A stretch of DNA of 64,000 nucleotides from Octopus vulgaris. Its lineage: Eukaryota. Positions within the stretch are counted from its first letter, which is position 1. Each line of letters begins with the position of its first letter. Positions 1 through 13,684 of the stretch are shown in pieces. The notes beneath the pieces were generated by a model that saw only the letters and a list, made by a program, of their open reading frames with translations, ran no database searches and was not told the origin of the DNA. A program made the translations under genes and the position numbers. The stretch spans positions 18,972,001 through 19,036,000 of the forward strand of contig OX597828.1 of the NCBI GenBank assembly GCA_951406725.2. The letters run 5' to 3'.

Positions 1-138
1 GTGTGTATATAAATGTTCATGTGTAGCTCTAACATATATATATTTATGTATATGTATTTATACATACACTCATATATATATATGTATACACACACACACA
101 CGTCTATCTATATGCATAGATTTACATATGTGTGTGTA

Positions 139-189
<51 letters not shown>

Positions 190-311
190 CCTAGATACAT
201 ATATATACATACATAATTTATTGGAAGAAATTGCAGACCTCCAGCATGTTGAAGCCTGATGAACCATCAAACCATCCTGCCCATGCCAACATGCAAAGTT
301 TATGTAAAATG

Positions 312-360
<49 letters not shown>

Positions 361-378
361 ATATATATATATACTGCT

Positions 379-693
379 GAGACCCCTTCGGTCATGACTG
401 ACCATGGGATTGCACCTAGAAAGTTACCCTCCCAGGTACAAGTCCTGGCAAGGTTGTTTATGGAAGACCAGCAGTTGCCCATGCATACGAACCTCCCCTC
501 TCTACGCCATGGATGTTAGCCAAGGGAAAGGCAAAGGGGCCGATACATTGCAACTCATTTCTACAGCTGAGTGAACTGGAGCAATGTGAAATAAAGTGTC
601 TTGCTGAAGAACACATAGCCCGGTCTTGGATTCGAACTCACAACCTCACGACCGTAAGCTCGGCGCTCTAACCACTGAGCCATGAACCTTCAC
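379..693 (-). mobile_element. tRNA-derived SINE (family C)
   Basis: Minus strand begins GTGAAGG..TGGCTCAGTGGTTAGAGC (A box) ..GAGTTCGAATCC (B box), then AGCAAGACACTTTATTTCACATTGCTCCAGTTCACTCAGCTG. Related copies at ~13400-13895, 39352-39662 and 46693-46943. Confidence 0.85.
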
Positions 694-705
694 ATGTAAT
701 ATATA

Positions 706-737
<32 letters not shown>

Positions 738-1165
738 AAGAATAATCATAAAACCAATTCATATTTTCGTTATTCTTATCCCTATTATAATTTCTATTTT
801 AAAAGCATAAATTAATAAAACCGAGATATTTTTATAGATTTTGGACTGGAAAATAGTTGAAAATAAGTCTAGTATTGAAATTCAATATGATACCAATAGT
901 TTTTATTTGTTATGTTTTGTTTTACGTGTGTTTTCTCCCTATTTTATTGATTAGAATTTATTTTATGCTTTATTGAAATGGGGAGGTTTTAATTTTCAAT
1001 TTGAGTTTTTAAAAACTCTTCAATTCAATTCAAATTCCTGCGTCATGCAATTTAAGTCTATTTGAAATCTCGGAAAATAAAAGTGAAAAAAAAAAAATGA
1101 AAACATTAACAAAGACTTGATGCATAATTATCAAACCTTGATAAAAAGAAAAAAACATAAGACAA

Positions 1166-1196
<31 letters not shown>

Positions 1197-1757
1197 GGAT
1201 GAATTTATTCTCCTCCCTCAACCACCTCAGTTCCTACCTTTAATCATTTTTTGTACTCTTTTCACCTAAGTACATGTACCTACCCATCCATACATCTTTT
1301 CTCTCCCTCTATCCCTATTTTCTCTCTCACTCTCTCTCTCTCTCTCTCTCATATTCACTTTATACCTTGACCCCCCACATCAGTCTCTCTCCCCACACTC
1401 TCTCTCTCTCTTTCCAAATATGGGGAAACCAGGCATTCATGTCTTCAGTAAGACACTTGCTCCTGTTCCTCTATACTCTACTCCACTCAGCTGAGGGTGA
1501 GGTTGGGGCTTTGCCATGTGAGTATTTGGTAACCTTACTAATCCTGAGGTCATGAAATAAAGCACCCAGCACACTCTCAAAAATAGTTGGCATTAGAAGG
1601 GGCATCCAATTATAGAAACTATACCAAAACGGACTTTGGAGCTGAGCATAGTCCTTTGGCTTGTTCCTTCATGTCAACCCATGCCAACATGAAAAGAAAA
1701 GGGATGTTTAATGATGATAATGATAATGATGTACTCTTTATCTATCTATCCACCTAT

Positions 1758-1798
<41 letters not shown>

Positions 1799-2162
1799 CA
1801 TCTATCTGTCCATCCTCCCGTCTGTCTGCCTATCTATCCATCCATTCATCTATCCATTTTTCTATCTATCTATCTGTCTATCTAAGTGTCTATCTATCTG
1901 TCTATCCAAGACACTGTTGCTTGTGAATGATGTCTTTGATTTAACAAAGTCTTGATAAGTTTATATAATTCTCATTTGCCATGCACAAAAAAAATCAGCT
2001 ACACTAAACCCACATGGAAGCTACTATGCAGTCACTGTAACTGCTAGAGCTAGCAGCCAAATTCCTCTCTAATTACTCCAATGTCCTCACCTTTTCTCAT
2101 CTATTGTATTAAAAGAAAAGGTGTGGGGAGGGCATTAAATATGTTGTAGAAAAGATGTGAAA

Positions 2163-2563
2163 GGCGACGAGATGGCAGAGGTTTTAGCACGCCGGGTGAA
2201 ATGCTTAGCGTTTTTTGTCTGCCGCAACGTTCTGAGTTCAAATTCCGCCAAGGTCGACTTTGCCTTTAATCCTTTCAGTACCAGTTATGCAATGGGGCCG
2301 ATATAATCGACTTAATTCGATTGTCTGTCCTTGTCTGTCCCCACTGTGTGTAGCTCCTTGTGGGTAGTAAAGAAATTAGGTATTTTGTCTGCCACTATGT
2401 TCTGAGTTCAAATTCCGCCGAGATCGACTTTGCCTTTCATCCTTTCGGGGTCGATTAAATAAATACCAGTTATGCACTGGGGTCGATATAATCAACTTAA
2501 TCCGTTTGTCTGTGCTTATTTGTCCCCTCTTTGTGTAGCTCCTTGTGGGCAGTAAAGAAATAA
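2163..2563 (+). mobile_element. tRNA-derived SINE (family B), tandem partial dimer
   Basis: GGCGACGAGATGGCAGA head, GAGTTCAAATTCC B box, GTCGACTTTGCCTTTCATCCTTTCGGGGTCGAT core, tail GTAAAGAAAT. The body is repeated from ~2377. Confidence 0.9.
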
Positions 2564-2812
2564 GAAAAGATGTGATTGCTACTACGGCTGGAATATCATC
2601 GATCATAGGTCTGCTTGATCTCAGCTAACCTGTGGCTAAACTACAGCAGCAACAACAACAACAAGAAGCTATAGTTAGAACATTGAGTAAAAGTGGATAA
2701 AGTGTTGCAAATTTACTTCAAAAAGGGATTTTGGATGTGTTACAAAAGAAATAAATTGGTCTACACCAAGTGAAGAATATGTTTTTGTTCTTCTTGGAAA
2801 TCAGATAGTTGC

Positions 2813-2845
<33 letters not shown>

Positions 2846-2889
2846 TAATAATAATGATAATAATAATGATGGTGATGACGATGATGATC

Positions 2890-2922
<33 letters not shown>

Positions 2923-3459
2923 GTATTAATGATAATGGAGTTTTCTGTAGATACATGCCATGTTGATGACCTGGTTATCATGGCAATCCTTCAATCAAAA
3001 CCTTCCCCCCACATCTTAAAAGTCTGAAAATTTGAATGAAGATAAATAAAACCCCACTGTGTACTAATCACTTGCCTGAGTGAGCAGCTTATACAAGTTC
3101 AACAGACATTCTTTTACTTCAAATAAGTTCATTTATAAACTGTATCTAGGAGAAGAGTTGGACTCTGTTCAACTCAATTCAACCACATTCAGCTTCTTCA
3201 TGTGTGGTACGATTGGCAGAGTCCTTAGAGCATCAAACCAAAAATGCCTGTGAGCCATTTACATTTTCTCTGAGTTCAAATCTTGTCAAGGTCAACTTTG
3301 TTTTTCATCCTTTCTTGTGGTGGTGGTGGTGGTGGTTTGTAGAATAAAGTGATAGTGAAATACTGGGGATTGCTGTAATCACTTTCCCTAAATTTCATTT
3401 ATATTGTGACTCCCCCCACCCCACAAAAAAAACCATAATTCACTTTTTTCTAGTCATTA

Positions 3460-3870
3460 TTGTGACTTTTTCTTACCTAAAATTGTCACTTTTTTCTCAC
3501 CAAAATTGTGACGTTTTCCTCACTAAAATTATGAGTTTTCTTCTCGCCAAAATTGTGAGGTTTCCCTTGCCAAAATTATGGTATTTTCCCGAGCAAAAAT
3601 TGTCACATTTTCATGGCATAAATTGTAACTTTTCTTCTTGCCACAATGTTTTTCCTAACCAAAATTGTGACTTTTCTTCTAGCCACAATCGTTCTTCCTA
3701 ACCAAAATTGTGACTTTTCTTCTTGCCAAAATTGATCTTTCTAACCAGAATTGTAATTTCCCTTCTTGTGAAAATTGTTTTCCCTAACCAAAATTGTGAT
3801 TTTTTTCTTCTTACCAAAATTGCTGCTTCCTAAACAACATTGTGACTTTTTCCAGTCAACATTGTAAATT
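3460..3870. repeat. Degenerate minisatellite (CCTAACCAAAATTGTGACTTTT-like unit)
   Basis: AAAATTGTG/AAAATT recurs more than 12 times at ~20-45 bp spacing. Confidence 0.8.
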
Positions 3871-4434
3871 TTTCTGTCGTGTTTTCCTATGACGTCATTT
3901 CCTTTCATCAAAACAATCCCATATCATCATCCCAAAAATGTTTACATTCACTCCTTTGCTCTGCTGGCATGGCTTGGACAAGGATTTTCAAGGAAATGAT
4001 TTACAGCCAAAATTCCCCCTTCCTGATGCTAACCTTTTTTACTCCCATCTTAATCTATTTGAAACACTGGTTAATTTTTACATGCAATGGAAGGCAGTGA
4101 GCTAGCAGAAATGCTTAGCGGTATTCTGTCTGTCTTTATGTTCTGAGTTCAAATTCTGCCGAAGCCAGCTTTGCCTTTCATCCTTTCGGGGCCAATAAAT
4201 TAAGTACCAGTTGCATACTGGGGTTGATCTAATTGACTAGTCCCTCCCTAAAAATTTCAGGCCTTGTGCCTAGAATAGAAAAGACTATTTAGGCAGCGAG
4301 CTGACAGAATCGTTAACATGCCTGGAAAATGCTTAGCAACATTTTGTCAATCTTTACATTCATACACATACATACATAAACACATATATATACATTAATA
4401 TATATATATGTATATATGTGTGTATATATACATA

Positions 4435-4713
4435 TTGTTTGTTCCTACTTGAGCCATGCCTGGCTCAGAAGGGCCAGTTTCCTTGGTGTATAGGTTCCCC
4501 GCCTGGACAGGACACCAGTCTGTCGCAGGTGAGCTGCAAAATGCAGAAAGTTGTGGCGAAAAAGTCAGCAGAAGTTCAGCATTACCTTCTGCCGGAGCCA
4601 CGTGGAGCTTAGGTGTTTCGCTTATAAACACATACATCGCCTGGTCTGAGATTCAAACCCCTGATCCCTCGACTGCGAGTCTGCTGCTCTAACCACTAGG
4701 CCATGTACCTCCA
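4435..4713 (-). mobile_element. tRNA-derived SINE
   Basis: Minus strand GTGGAGGTACATGGCCTAGTGGTTAGAGCAGCAGACTCGCAGTC..GGGTTTGAATCTC has A and B boxes. Sits between TA repeats. Confidence 0.8.
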
Positions 4714-4714
4714 C

Positions 4715-4837
<123 letters not shown>

Positions 4838-4842
4838 GAGAG

Positions 4843-5359
4843 AGTGTGTGGGCCAAAATTAGTGTCCCAGTTATATGTGTCTATTATTTCTGTAGTTTCT
4901 TGATGCATGCTGTTATTATTTCTATATGTCATTGATTAGTCGACATATTGAATTTTGTGAGAGAATGCTGGCAGAAGCCAGAGATTCCAGGTTTTTTGAC
5001 CGACTCATTTTCCAATCACATCAACCGCAATAACTGCTTCTATTATTCGAAAGACGACCCTGAAGTGGTTTGAGAAAAGCATGTCAATTCACCTTCTTTT
5101 GTCATTTGGATGGCGATATCATCTTCAGGAATTTGTGCATTCCATATTCAATGAGAGACGATGAATGGTCATCGTTACCTGGCGTTGTGTGAAAACATCA
5201 TCTGGCTGTGTTTTTGATACCATCATTCCAAAATCTTTGTGCAAGATGGAACAGCTTCTCATTATGACAAACGTGTAAGAAACTTCCTCAATCAGCACCT
5301 ACGAAATCATTCAATTTCCAAAAGTTCAACTTGGGCTACTAATTTTGGCCCACCCTGTA
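4843..5359 (+). mobile_element. Internally deleted Tc1/mariner DNA transposon with transposase remnant
   Basis: TIRs TGGGCCAAAATTAG / CTAATTTTGGCCCACCCTGTA. The internal frame with stops reads ..VIWMAISS..ETMNGHRYL..FVQDGTASHYDKRVRNFLN, matching the Tc1/mariner QQDGAxxH catalytic motif. Confidence 0.85.
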
Positions 5360-5659
5360 CCTGTATACATATACACACACAAATATATATCATGGCCTTC
5401 CACACAGTTTCCATTTACCAAATTCATTCACAAGGCATTGGTTGGCTTGGGTATAGTAGTAGACACTTGCCTAAGATGCCATGAAGTGGGACTGAACCTG
5501 ACAACAACACGGTTACAAAACAAGCATCTTAACCCCACAACCATACTTGCATCAATTCATGTCTGCATGTTTTTTTTAAATTTTTATTTCAATGGAAGAA
5601 AAAAACAAAAACTTTTATGGTTTGCTAAATCTGTCTGAATTCTTGATTGCTACATGACT

Positions 5660-5859
5660 CTTTTAATCTTTTACTTGTTTCAGTCATTTGACTGTGGCCA
5701 TGCTGGAGCACCACCTTTAGTCGAGCAAATCGACCCCAGGACTTATTCTTTGTAAGCCTAGTACTTATTCTATTGGCATCTTTTGCTGAACCACTAAGTT
5801 ACAGGGATGTAAACACACCAGCATCGGTTGTCAAGTGACACACAAACATATTCATACAC

Positions 5860-5918
<59 letters not shown>

Positions 5919-6076
5919 TATGATGGGCTTCTTTCAGTTTCCGTCTACCAAATCCACTCACAAGGCTTTGGTCAGCCCGAGGCTATAGTAGAAGACACTT
6001 GCCCAAGGTGCCATGCAGTGGGACTGAACCCGGAACCATGTGGTTCATAAGCAAGCTACTTACCACACAGCCACTC
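5660..6076 (-). mobile_element. tRNA/CORE-like SINE (family A) with internal (TA)n
   Basis: Minus strand GAGTGGCTGTGTGGTAAG..GGGTTCAGTCCC..CACCTTGGGCAAGTGTCTT (CORE-like), internal microsatellite, tail GACTGAAACAAGTAAAAGA. Resembles the octopus OR2-type CORE-SINE. Confidence 0.9.
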
Positions 6077-6256
6077 TGACACCCATTTATTTAGTTCAGA
6101 CATCAAAACCCCATAAATTTTAATTTAAAGTTCATCCTTCTCCCATAGGTTGATGAAATAAGTGGCTGTCTAAAGCAGGAGTGAATTCAAAAGTTCTAAT
6201 CTTACCTCAATGAAGAAATTCTATATTGATGACGATGATTATAGAACAAATACCTC

Positions 6257-6480
6257 TTAATCCTTTTAATGCCAACAAACCACCTGCAACTGCCCCTGGT
6301 TCTATCTATGATGCAAACTTCTCGTTCAAAGTGCTCTAAATTAAAACCTCATGTCAAAATTACAATCTAATTTATGTTCCAAGCACCAGCTTAATAATGA
6401 CAAAGTTATATCATTATTTTCAAAATTAATTGAAATAATGGCATTGTATTTCATCAGAAATATGGTAACAAAGGGGTTAA
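6257..6480. mobile_element. TTAA-flanked piggyBac-like MITE
   Basis: TTAATCCTTTT...AAAGGGGTTAA termini. Related copies at 27930-28243, 49410-49639, ~23365-23940 (split by a SINE) and ~57225-57470. Confidence 0.7.
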
Positions 6481-7139
6481 CTATATGTATGCTCCTTCTA
6501 TGAGTAATGATAACTTTGAATGCATTGATTAATGTCTTTATTCACACATAAGTAAAACAGGATTACATATTATCTAAACCATGCTTTCATTCAGTTTGCC
6601 TTTCGGTCAGCTTGTATAGATTGAGAAGAAATGTGTAATAACTTGCTTAAATTGTTCGTTGCACTTCCAAGTAATCACAGGGTCTTTGATGTCAATTGTT
6701 ATTCATTGTACAACAGGAGGGTCTGTGTTTGAAATTCATGAGGAAGAAATTGTGTGTATGCCTGCAGGTCAAAATAAATTAATTTCTTTTATTTAGCATT
6801 AGAAGCAGGGTGGCGCAAAATATGAAGTTTCTCTGCGAAGCAGAGGTCACAGTACTTCAGCCCATTCGCAAACACTGGTGCCTTATCTAATATTACCCTT
6901 GTAAAGCTGGTGATCTCTCCTTTCACAATGAATAGAGTTCAGGATCTGTCCCTTGAGGGGGAAGGAGACGGACAAAGAAATACATTTCTCCCTTGTTATT
7001 AAATACATTGTGAATGAATTCAAACAATAAGGTGTAGCTTACACTTAATAGAAATAAATAATTTCTTTAAAATTTGCAGATTTTAACATCAACAGTTCCA
7101 GATGTGCCCAGCACATTTGGCTTTGTTAACTAGAATACC

Positions 7140-7192
7140 ACTACCACCATTGCAGCTACTACTACAACTACTACTACTACTACTACTACTAC

Positions 7193-7238
<46 letters not shown>

Positions 7239-7244
7239 TATAAT

Positions 7245-7289
<45 letters not shown>

Positions 7290-7322
7290 AATTATAATTA
7301 TAATAATAATAATAATTATAAT

Positions 7323-7358
<36 letters not shown>

Positions 7359-7371
7359 TATTATTAATAAT

Positions 7372-7406
<35 letters not shown>

Positions 7407-7522
7407 TAATAATAATAATTGAACTTCCAACTTGTCTCTTGAGGTCTCTGGGTGAGACTTGGAGCCAACTTGTACAAATGTAAAGCAAAAGTCAAACATA
7501 GAACAATAATAATAATTATAAC

Positions 7523-7559
<37 letters not shown>

Positions 7560-7670
7560 GTAATAATAATAAAAGTAATAATAATAAAAGTAATAATAAT
7601 AAATAGTAATAATAATAATAATAATAAAAGTAATAATAATAATAATTATAATGCTTATGATGATGATGAT
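7140..7670. repeat. (CTA)n/(AAT)n microsatellite block containing a ~85-bp insert
   Basis: Direct reading. Non-repetitive insert at 7420-7503. Confidence 0.95.
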
Positions 7671-8218
7671 GGAAATTGTTTTACTCATGAACATTTTTTG
7701 GTATATTTTCTAATTCATTATCGTCATCATTTAATCCTCATATTGTATACTGGCATGGGTTGGACAGTTTGACAAGCTTTGACAAGTCAGAGGGCTGGAT
7801 TGAGAACCAATGTTTGTCTTTGCATGGTTTCTATGGCTGGATGCCCTTCCTAAAGCCATACTTAACTTTCTAATTACACACACACATGCATGCATACACA
7901 TACATATACATGCATGTATACATATAATATGTGTACACGCACCCATACATGCATGCATACACACACACACACATACACATATATATGCATATGTATATAT
8001 GTATATAGGCATATATATATTTATTCATACATTTATATATTTATATATACATGCATGTATATAAATTTATATATATACATACATATACACATACTTATAT
8101 ATCCATTTATAAAACATAGATAGATGGATGGATGGACGGACGGACAGACAGACAGATAGATAGACTGATAGACAAATAGATAGATAGTTGATAGATAGAT
8201 AGATACATAGATACATAC

Positions 8219-8278
<60 letters not shown>

Positions 8279-9106
8279 TATACCAATAATAATGATACTA
8301 ATAACAGAATAGAAAGTTTCTCTTTCATCATTCAAATGTTCTGCTTCAAGTGAAATTCCAGGTCTTTAATATAGTGGAATGACCCAGCACCCACCCACCC
8401 ACCCAACACACACCACCTGTCTCTCCTAACCCCCTGCCCTCTTGACCATCAAATGTTGTTGTTGTTTTGATTACTGTCAAGAACAGAAGACTACCGGTTG
8501 GCTTTCTATGCTCAATAACAAAGCAACTATTGTAGCTATCACTGCAGTTGACAATATAGACTTGAAATGGCTTAGTGGCTAAGGCATTCGACTGTCTACC
8601 GTACAGGTCAGGGGTTCAAGTCTCTTCCCTCCCGCTGTTGGTATTTCATTGTATTTCTAGACAGAATAACTTATTCTATGTTGCTTCCGTCTCTTCTTCC
8701 TGTCAGAAATAGATAGCAGGTTATTCATAGGAATATCATTTGCAATAAACTATAGTTCTCGTTGTTTAGCCCCAGGTCAACCTTGATTATGACAAATCTA
8801 TGATTAAAAGTATTCTGATCATGGCCATCCTGTCTTTCCGTTTATTTATTTCATCTTATTTGTTCCAGCCATCTGACTGCAGCCATGCTGGAACACAACC
8901 TTAAAGGATTTTAGTTGAACGAATCAACCTCAGAACTTATTCTTTTATGCCTAGTACTTATTCTAAATAATGGGGATGTAAACACACCAACACTGGTTGT
9001 CAAGCAGTGATGGGGGAACAGACATAGACACACACACACAGATATATACATACATACATACATACATACAATCATACATACATACATACATATATATATA
9101 TATATA

Positions 9107-9310
9107 CAAAATTTAAAGGGCTGACCACTAAAAGTGGACGGTCAATATGCTAGATATAGACGTCACAATCGCTATTTTCCACGAAGAATGTGTTCCCAAG
9201 AAAAAACTCAGCACAAAACCAAAGTGTAAAAAATAAGCAAGACAAATGAAAATATACGAAATAAGAAACGATTAGCTATGTACTGATCAGTTTCACTTGT
9301 TAATATTCAC
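9107..9310 (-). mobile_element. Penelope-type terminal-repeat fragment with the 3' half of an HHR
   Basis: Minus strand GAAAC-TGATCA-GTA (palindromic stem III plus GUA) at 9281-9294. Flanked by TA repeats; the 5' core is missing. Confidence 0.5.
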
Positions 9311-9341
9311 GTATATGCATATATATATATATGTATATATC

Positions 9342-9535
9342 TTAGAAGAAATAAGGTACTCAGAAATCTGGATGGTTTTATATTTACAGGTTTTTATTAA
9401 TGTCACATGTTTTTATAAATCATATATTAGCGCTTGCATCTACTCTAGTAGACTCTCCAGGTTTGAATATGACATATTAATAAAAATCTGTAAATATAAA
9501 AACATCCAGATTTCTGAGTATCTTATTTCTTCTAA
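9342..9535. repeat. Fold-back with ~65-bp arms and a degenerate HHR in the loop
   Basis: TTAGAAGAAATAAGGTACTCAGAAATCTGGATG.. pairs with ..CATCCAGATTTCTGAGTATCTTATTTCTTCTAA. The loop, minus strand, reads CTGGAGA-GTCTAC-TAGA-GTAGAT-GCAA-GCGC-TA. Confidence 0.8.
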
Positions 9536-11697
9536 TATATAATACCTGTACATCACCTCCAAACCTTCTAATATATATATATATATATATGATGGGCTTC
9601 TTTCAGTTTCCGTCTACCAAATCTACTCAAAAGGCTTTGGTTGACCCAGAACTATAATAGAAGATACTTGCCCAAGGTGCCACACAGTGGGACTGAACCT
9701 GGAACCACGTGGTCTGGAAGCAAGATTCTTACCGCACAACCGCACAAGTTTTCTTGCTTTTGTTTTAAGATGGTGGGGGTTTGATTTCATGAGAATTTGG
9801 CTGCTATTTCTAGATCACATTACTAGGCTGAGCTTTCAGAAGTCTGTTGTAAATGCCATCAAGTGTCCACTCTGTGATTCCTTAGTTTCTTCCCTTTCAA
9901 TTTCTCGTTTGTCACCAAATGTTCAAAGGTTTTTCTTCTCATTTGGTATCCAATGAAATAAGCCTTTTGTCTTCCAACGCTACCAAATAGCTTTCTGGTT
10001 AGTCTTTGCTCTTCTAAGAACCTTGTTGTTTTGTCACTCTATCTGAATTAGATGCCTTCAACATTTTTCTATGGAACCACATCTTTGCAACTATCTCTGT
10101 TATTTTGTCATCTAAATTAAAAATTTCTAAAATGAAAATAATTTCGTTTTTCTTTTTATATTTTACCAAAGCCACATCATTGTTCAAATACTATTGTAGA
10201 AATCAATAATAGTTATAAAAATTAATTATATTATTTAATAGCGATGTGTTTTGTAATGATAATTAGAATGAAAATTTAGACACAGTGTTCGTTAGCATCT
10301 CATTAGCATAAAACAAATGACTTGTGTGGATGAAGACAAATGACTGTGTGCAGAAAAAACAAAAGATGTTAATGAAAAGGAAAAAGAAAAAAGAAAAAAA
10401 AACAAAAAATTACAGCAATTGTCTTTTGTTGTTGTTGTTACAATTTGCATTGTACATCATTATCCTCATCATAATCATTGTCGCCATCATCATCATTATT
10501 GCCATCATTGTCATCATCATCATCATCTTTTCATTATTTCTATCATCAGCATCAGTCTGAGAAATAGCATTCAAGAATGCTCGAGAGACAGGCAGGCAGT
10601 CAAGCAGACAGTGAAATTTAGGGAGGGGATGAAAGATAAAGTAAGGGTGGTAGAGTTATGGCATCTAAGAGAAGAGTGGTGGAAGGAAGAAAGATGTACC
10701 TCTACAGTAGAGGATGGTGATATTTAGAGAGGTAACATGATAAAATAACAGGTATAGAGAGTGAGTGAATGATTGAGAAAATGAGAAAGACAGAACATTA
10801 GAGAGAGAGAGAGGAGAGAGATTTGGGTATGATATCAAGTGAGGAGACATTGATAGAGAGAGGAAGGAAACAAATAATATAGTTCATGAGAGAATGGAAA
10901 CATTAATTAATAATAATTTTAAAATATACAATAGGTAATTAGTAATCAAAAATGTTCTCAGTGACAGTGACAGACAAACTACTTGACTTTGAGCTGCAGT
11001 GAAAAAAATGACAAAGATTATCACAAAAAGAATTCAATACTTGGTGTATACTGTAAAAGAGAAATGCTTTAAAATAACAAAGAAAAAAAGCAAGGCCCTT
11101 TGTAAACTGAACAAAAATAACTGAAAGAAAGCAAGATGAAACATGAGAAAAAAATAGAGTTTGGTTTGAAGCAGAAAGATTAAGAATGACTTGATTTTGA
11201 GACAAATAAACCCCATCATTTTCAACAGATCCTACACTAGTTTCATAATACTCACTACCACCATTGTCATTCTCATAATGATGATGGTCATCATCATCAC
11301 CATTAACCATTTTTGTACCTATCATCATTCTCATCATCATCTTCATTATCATAATCATCACCATCATCATTGATCATTTTCTTCATCACCATTCATCAAT
11401 ATCCTCACCACCATCATCATCATCATCATCACCATCACCATCCTCATTGACCATTTTCTTCATCACCATTCATCATAATCATTGCAAGATTATCATTGTC
11501 ATCATCATCATCATCACTGTCATCATAATCATTACAAGATTATCGTTGTCATCATTTCCACAATCATCGTCAACGCTATCTTTATTGTTGTCAGTGTCAC
11601 TGCTGTTGTCCAAACCATTGTCATCACCTCTATCAACCACTGTCGTTGGTTTTAATATGTAGTTTTCCAATACTGGATATTAACTTAGAAAAGCTCC

Positions 11698-12215
<518 letters not shown>

Positions 12216-13451
12216 TTCACTCGCTCATATTCTTACTTTCTTTCTTTCTGTTTTCTACCTTTTTTCCCTTTTTTTTTTTTTTTTTTTTTTCAAGCTAGTG
12301 TTGGAAAAATATCATCTTAACCCTTCGAAGATGAAGGTTTACTGATGGTTCTACAATAAAGACAGAAGCAATTTTGAACCTTTTTTTTTTTCTTTTTTGG
12401 CAAGACACGTAAAGAATAGGGGTGTTATTTTATTATCTAGAACTTTTTCGCAGCTATATAAATATCTGTATGTCGTTAGACAAAGAAATGTTTGTATGTG
12501 TCTATCTATCTATCTATCTATCTATCTATTTATATAAATAAATATATAAATATATATATATGTATGTATATATCCATATATATATATGTATATATATACA
12601 TATATATACATACATACATACATACATACATACATACATACATACATACATACACATACATACATGCATACATACATACATACATATATATATACTTTAC
12701 ATATATATATTATATATCATATTATACTATAGAAATATACATTTGTATGTGTGGTGTGTGTGTGTAGTATGACATTGATATATATGTGTGTGTGTATGTG
12801 TGTATATATATTGTAATTTTATAATATTATATTATATATTATATTATTATATTACATCATATTGTATTATGCATATATTCTTGTAGATATCATTTCTGTC
12901 TTCTTTGTAACACAAAAAAATGTCAGGCCACAGAGATAAACCCAATCATCTTGGGTGGATTAAATTACCGATTATCTGTCAAGTTATTTGATATTCCATT
13001 CAACTTTATTATGTTTTTAAATATACTTTATATGTTTTTTTTTTTTAAAAAAAACAAAACTTCCTCTGCGAACATGGCATCTGTTGGGTTTCATCTTTGA
13101 TATAAAGCAGAGCAAATTCCTTCTATTTCTCTTAACTTTACCATTCTTGTTTTAAAAATCTGTTGTGTTTTCCATTCTTCCAGAGGTCGAATGGTTTTTG
13201 ATAGAACGAATGATTCTTGAGAGTGTGTGTTGTGTGTGTATGTGTGTGTGAGAGAGAGAGAGAGGCTGTTGGTTGCCCTTCCTATTGTTCACCACTCATG
13301 TAAAAGCGCAGCCTGTTTTTTTCATCCGCCAAGATGAGTTAAGTGATATACTCAAGAAGACATGCATGATATAGATGTAAAGGGTAAAAAAGAGTAAAGA
13401 TGCCCTTCAGTCATGAATGACCATGAGATTTCACCTAGAATGTTCCCCTCT

Positions 13452-13684
13452 TATTTCTTTATTGCCCACAAGGGGCTAAACATAGAGGGGGACAAACAAG
13501 GACAGACAAAGGGATTAAGTTGATTACATCGGCTCCAGTACTTAATTTATCGACCCCAAAAGGATGAAAGGCAAAGTCGACCTCGGCGGAATTTGAACTC
13601 AGGACGTAGCGGCAGACAAAATACCGCCAAGCATTTCGCCCGGCATGCTAACGATTCTGCCAGCTCACCGCCTTTTCTAGGGGA
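13452..13684 (-). mobile_element. Family B SINE nested in a family C SINE, 19-bp TSD
   Basis: ACCTAGAATGTTCCCCTCT at 13433-13451 and 13685-13703 flanks the element. Confidence 0.9.

Larger units (their letters stand above)
8850..9745 (-). mobile_element. Family A SINE split at its internal microsatellite by nested inserts
   Basis: Tail half at ~8850-9040 and head half at ~9590-9745, with unrelated segments at 9107-9570 between them. Confidence 0.8.

Noticed and set aside
3460-3870. CRISPR-like periodic repeat
   Set aside because: Units are degenerate with no unique spacers and no cas genes, in a eukaryotic context. It is a minisatellite.
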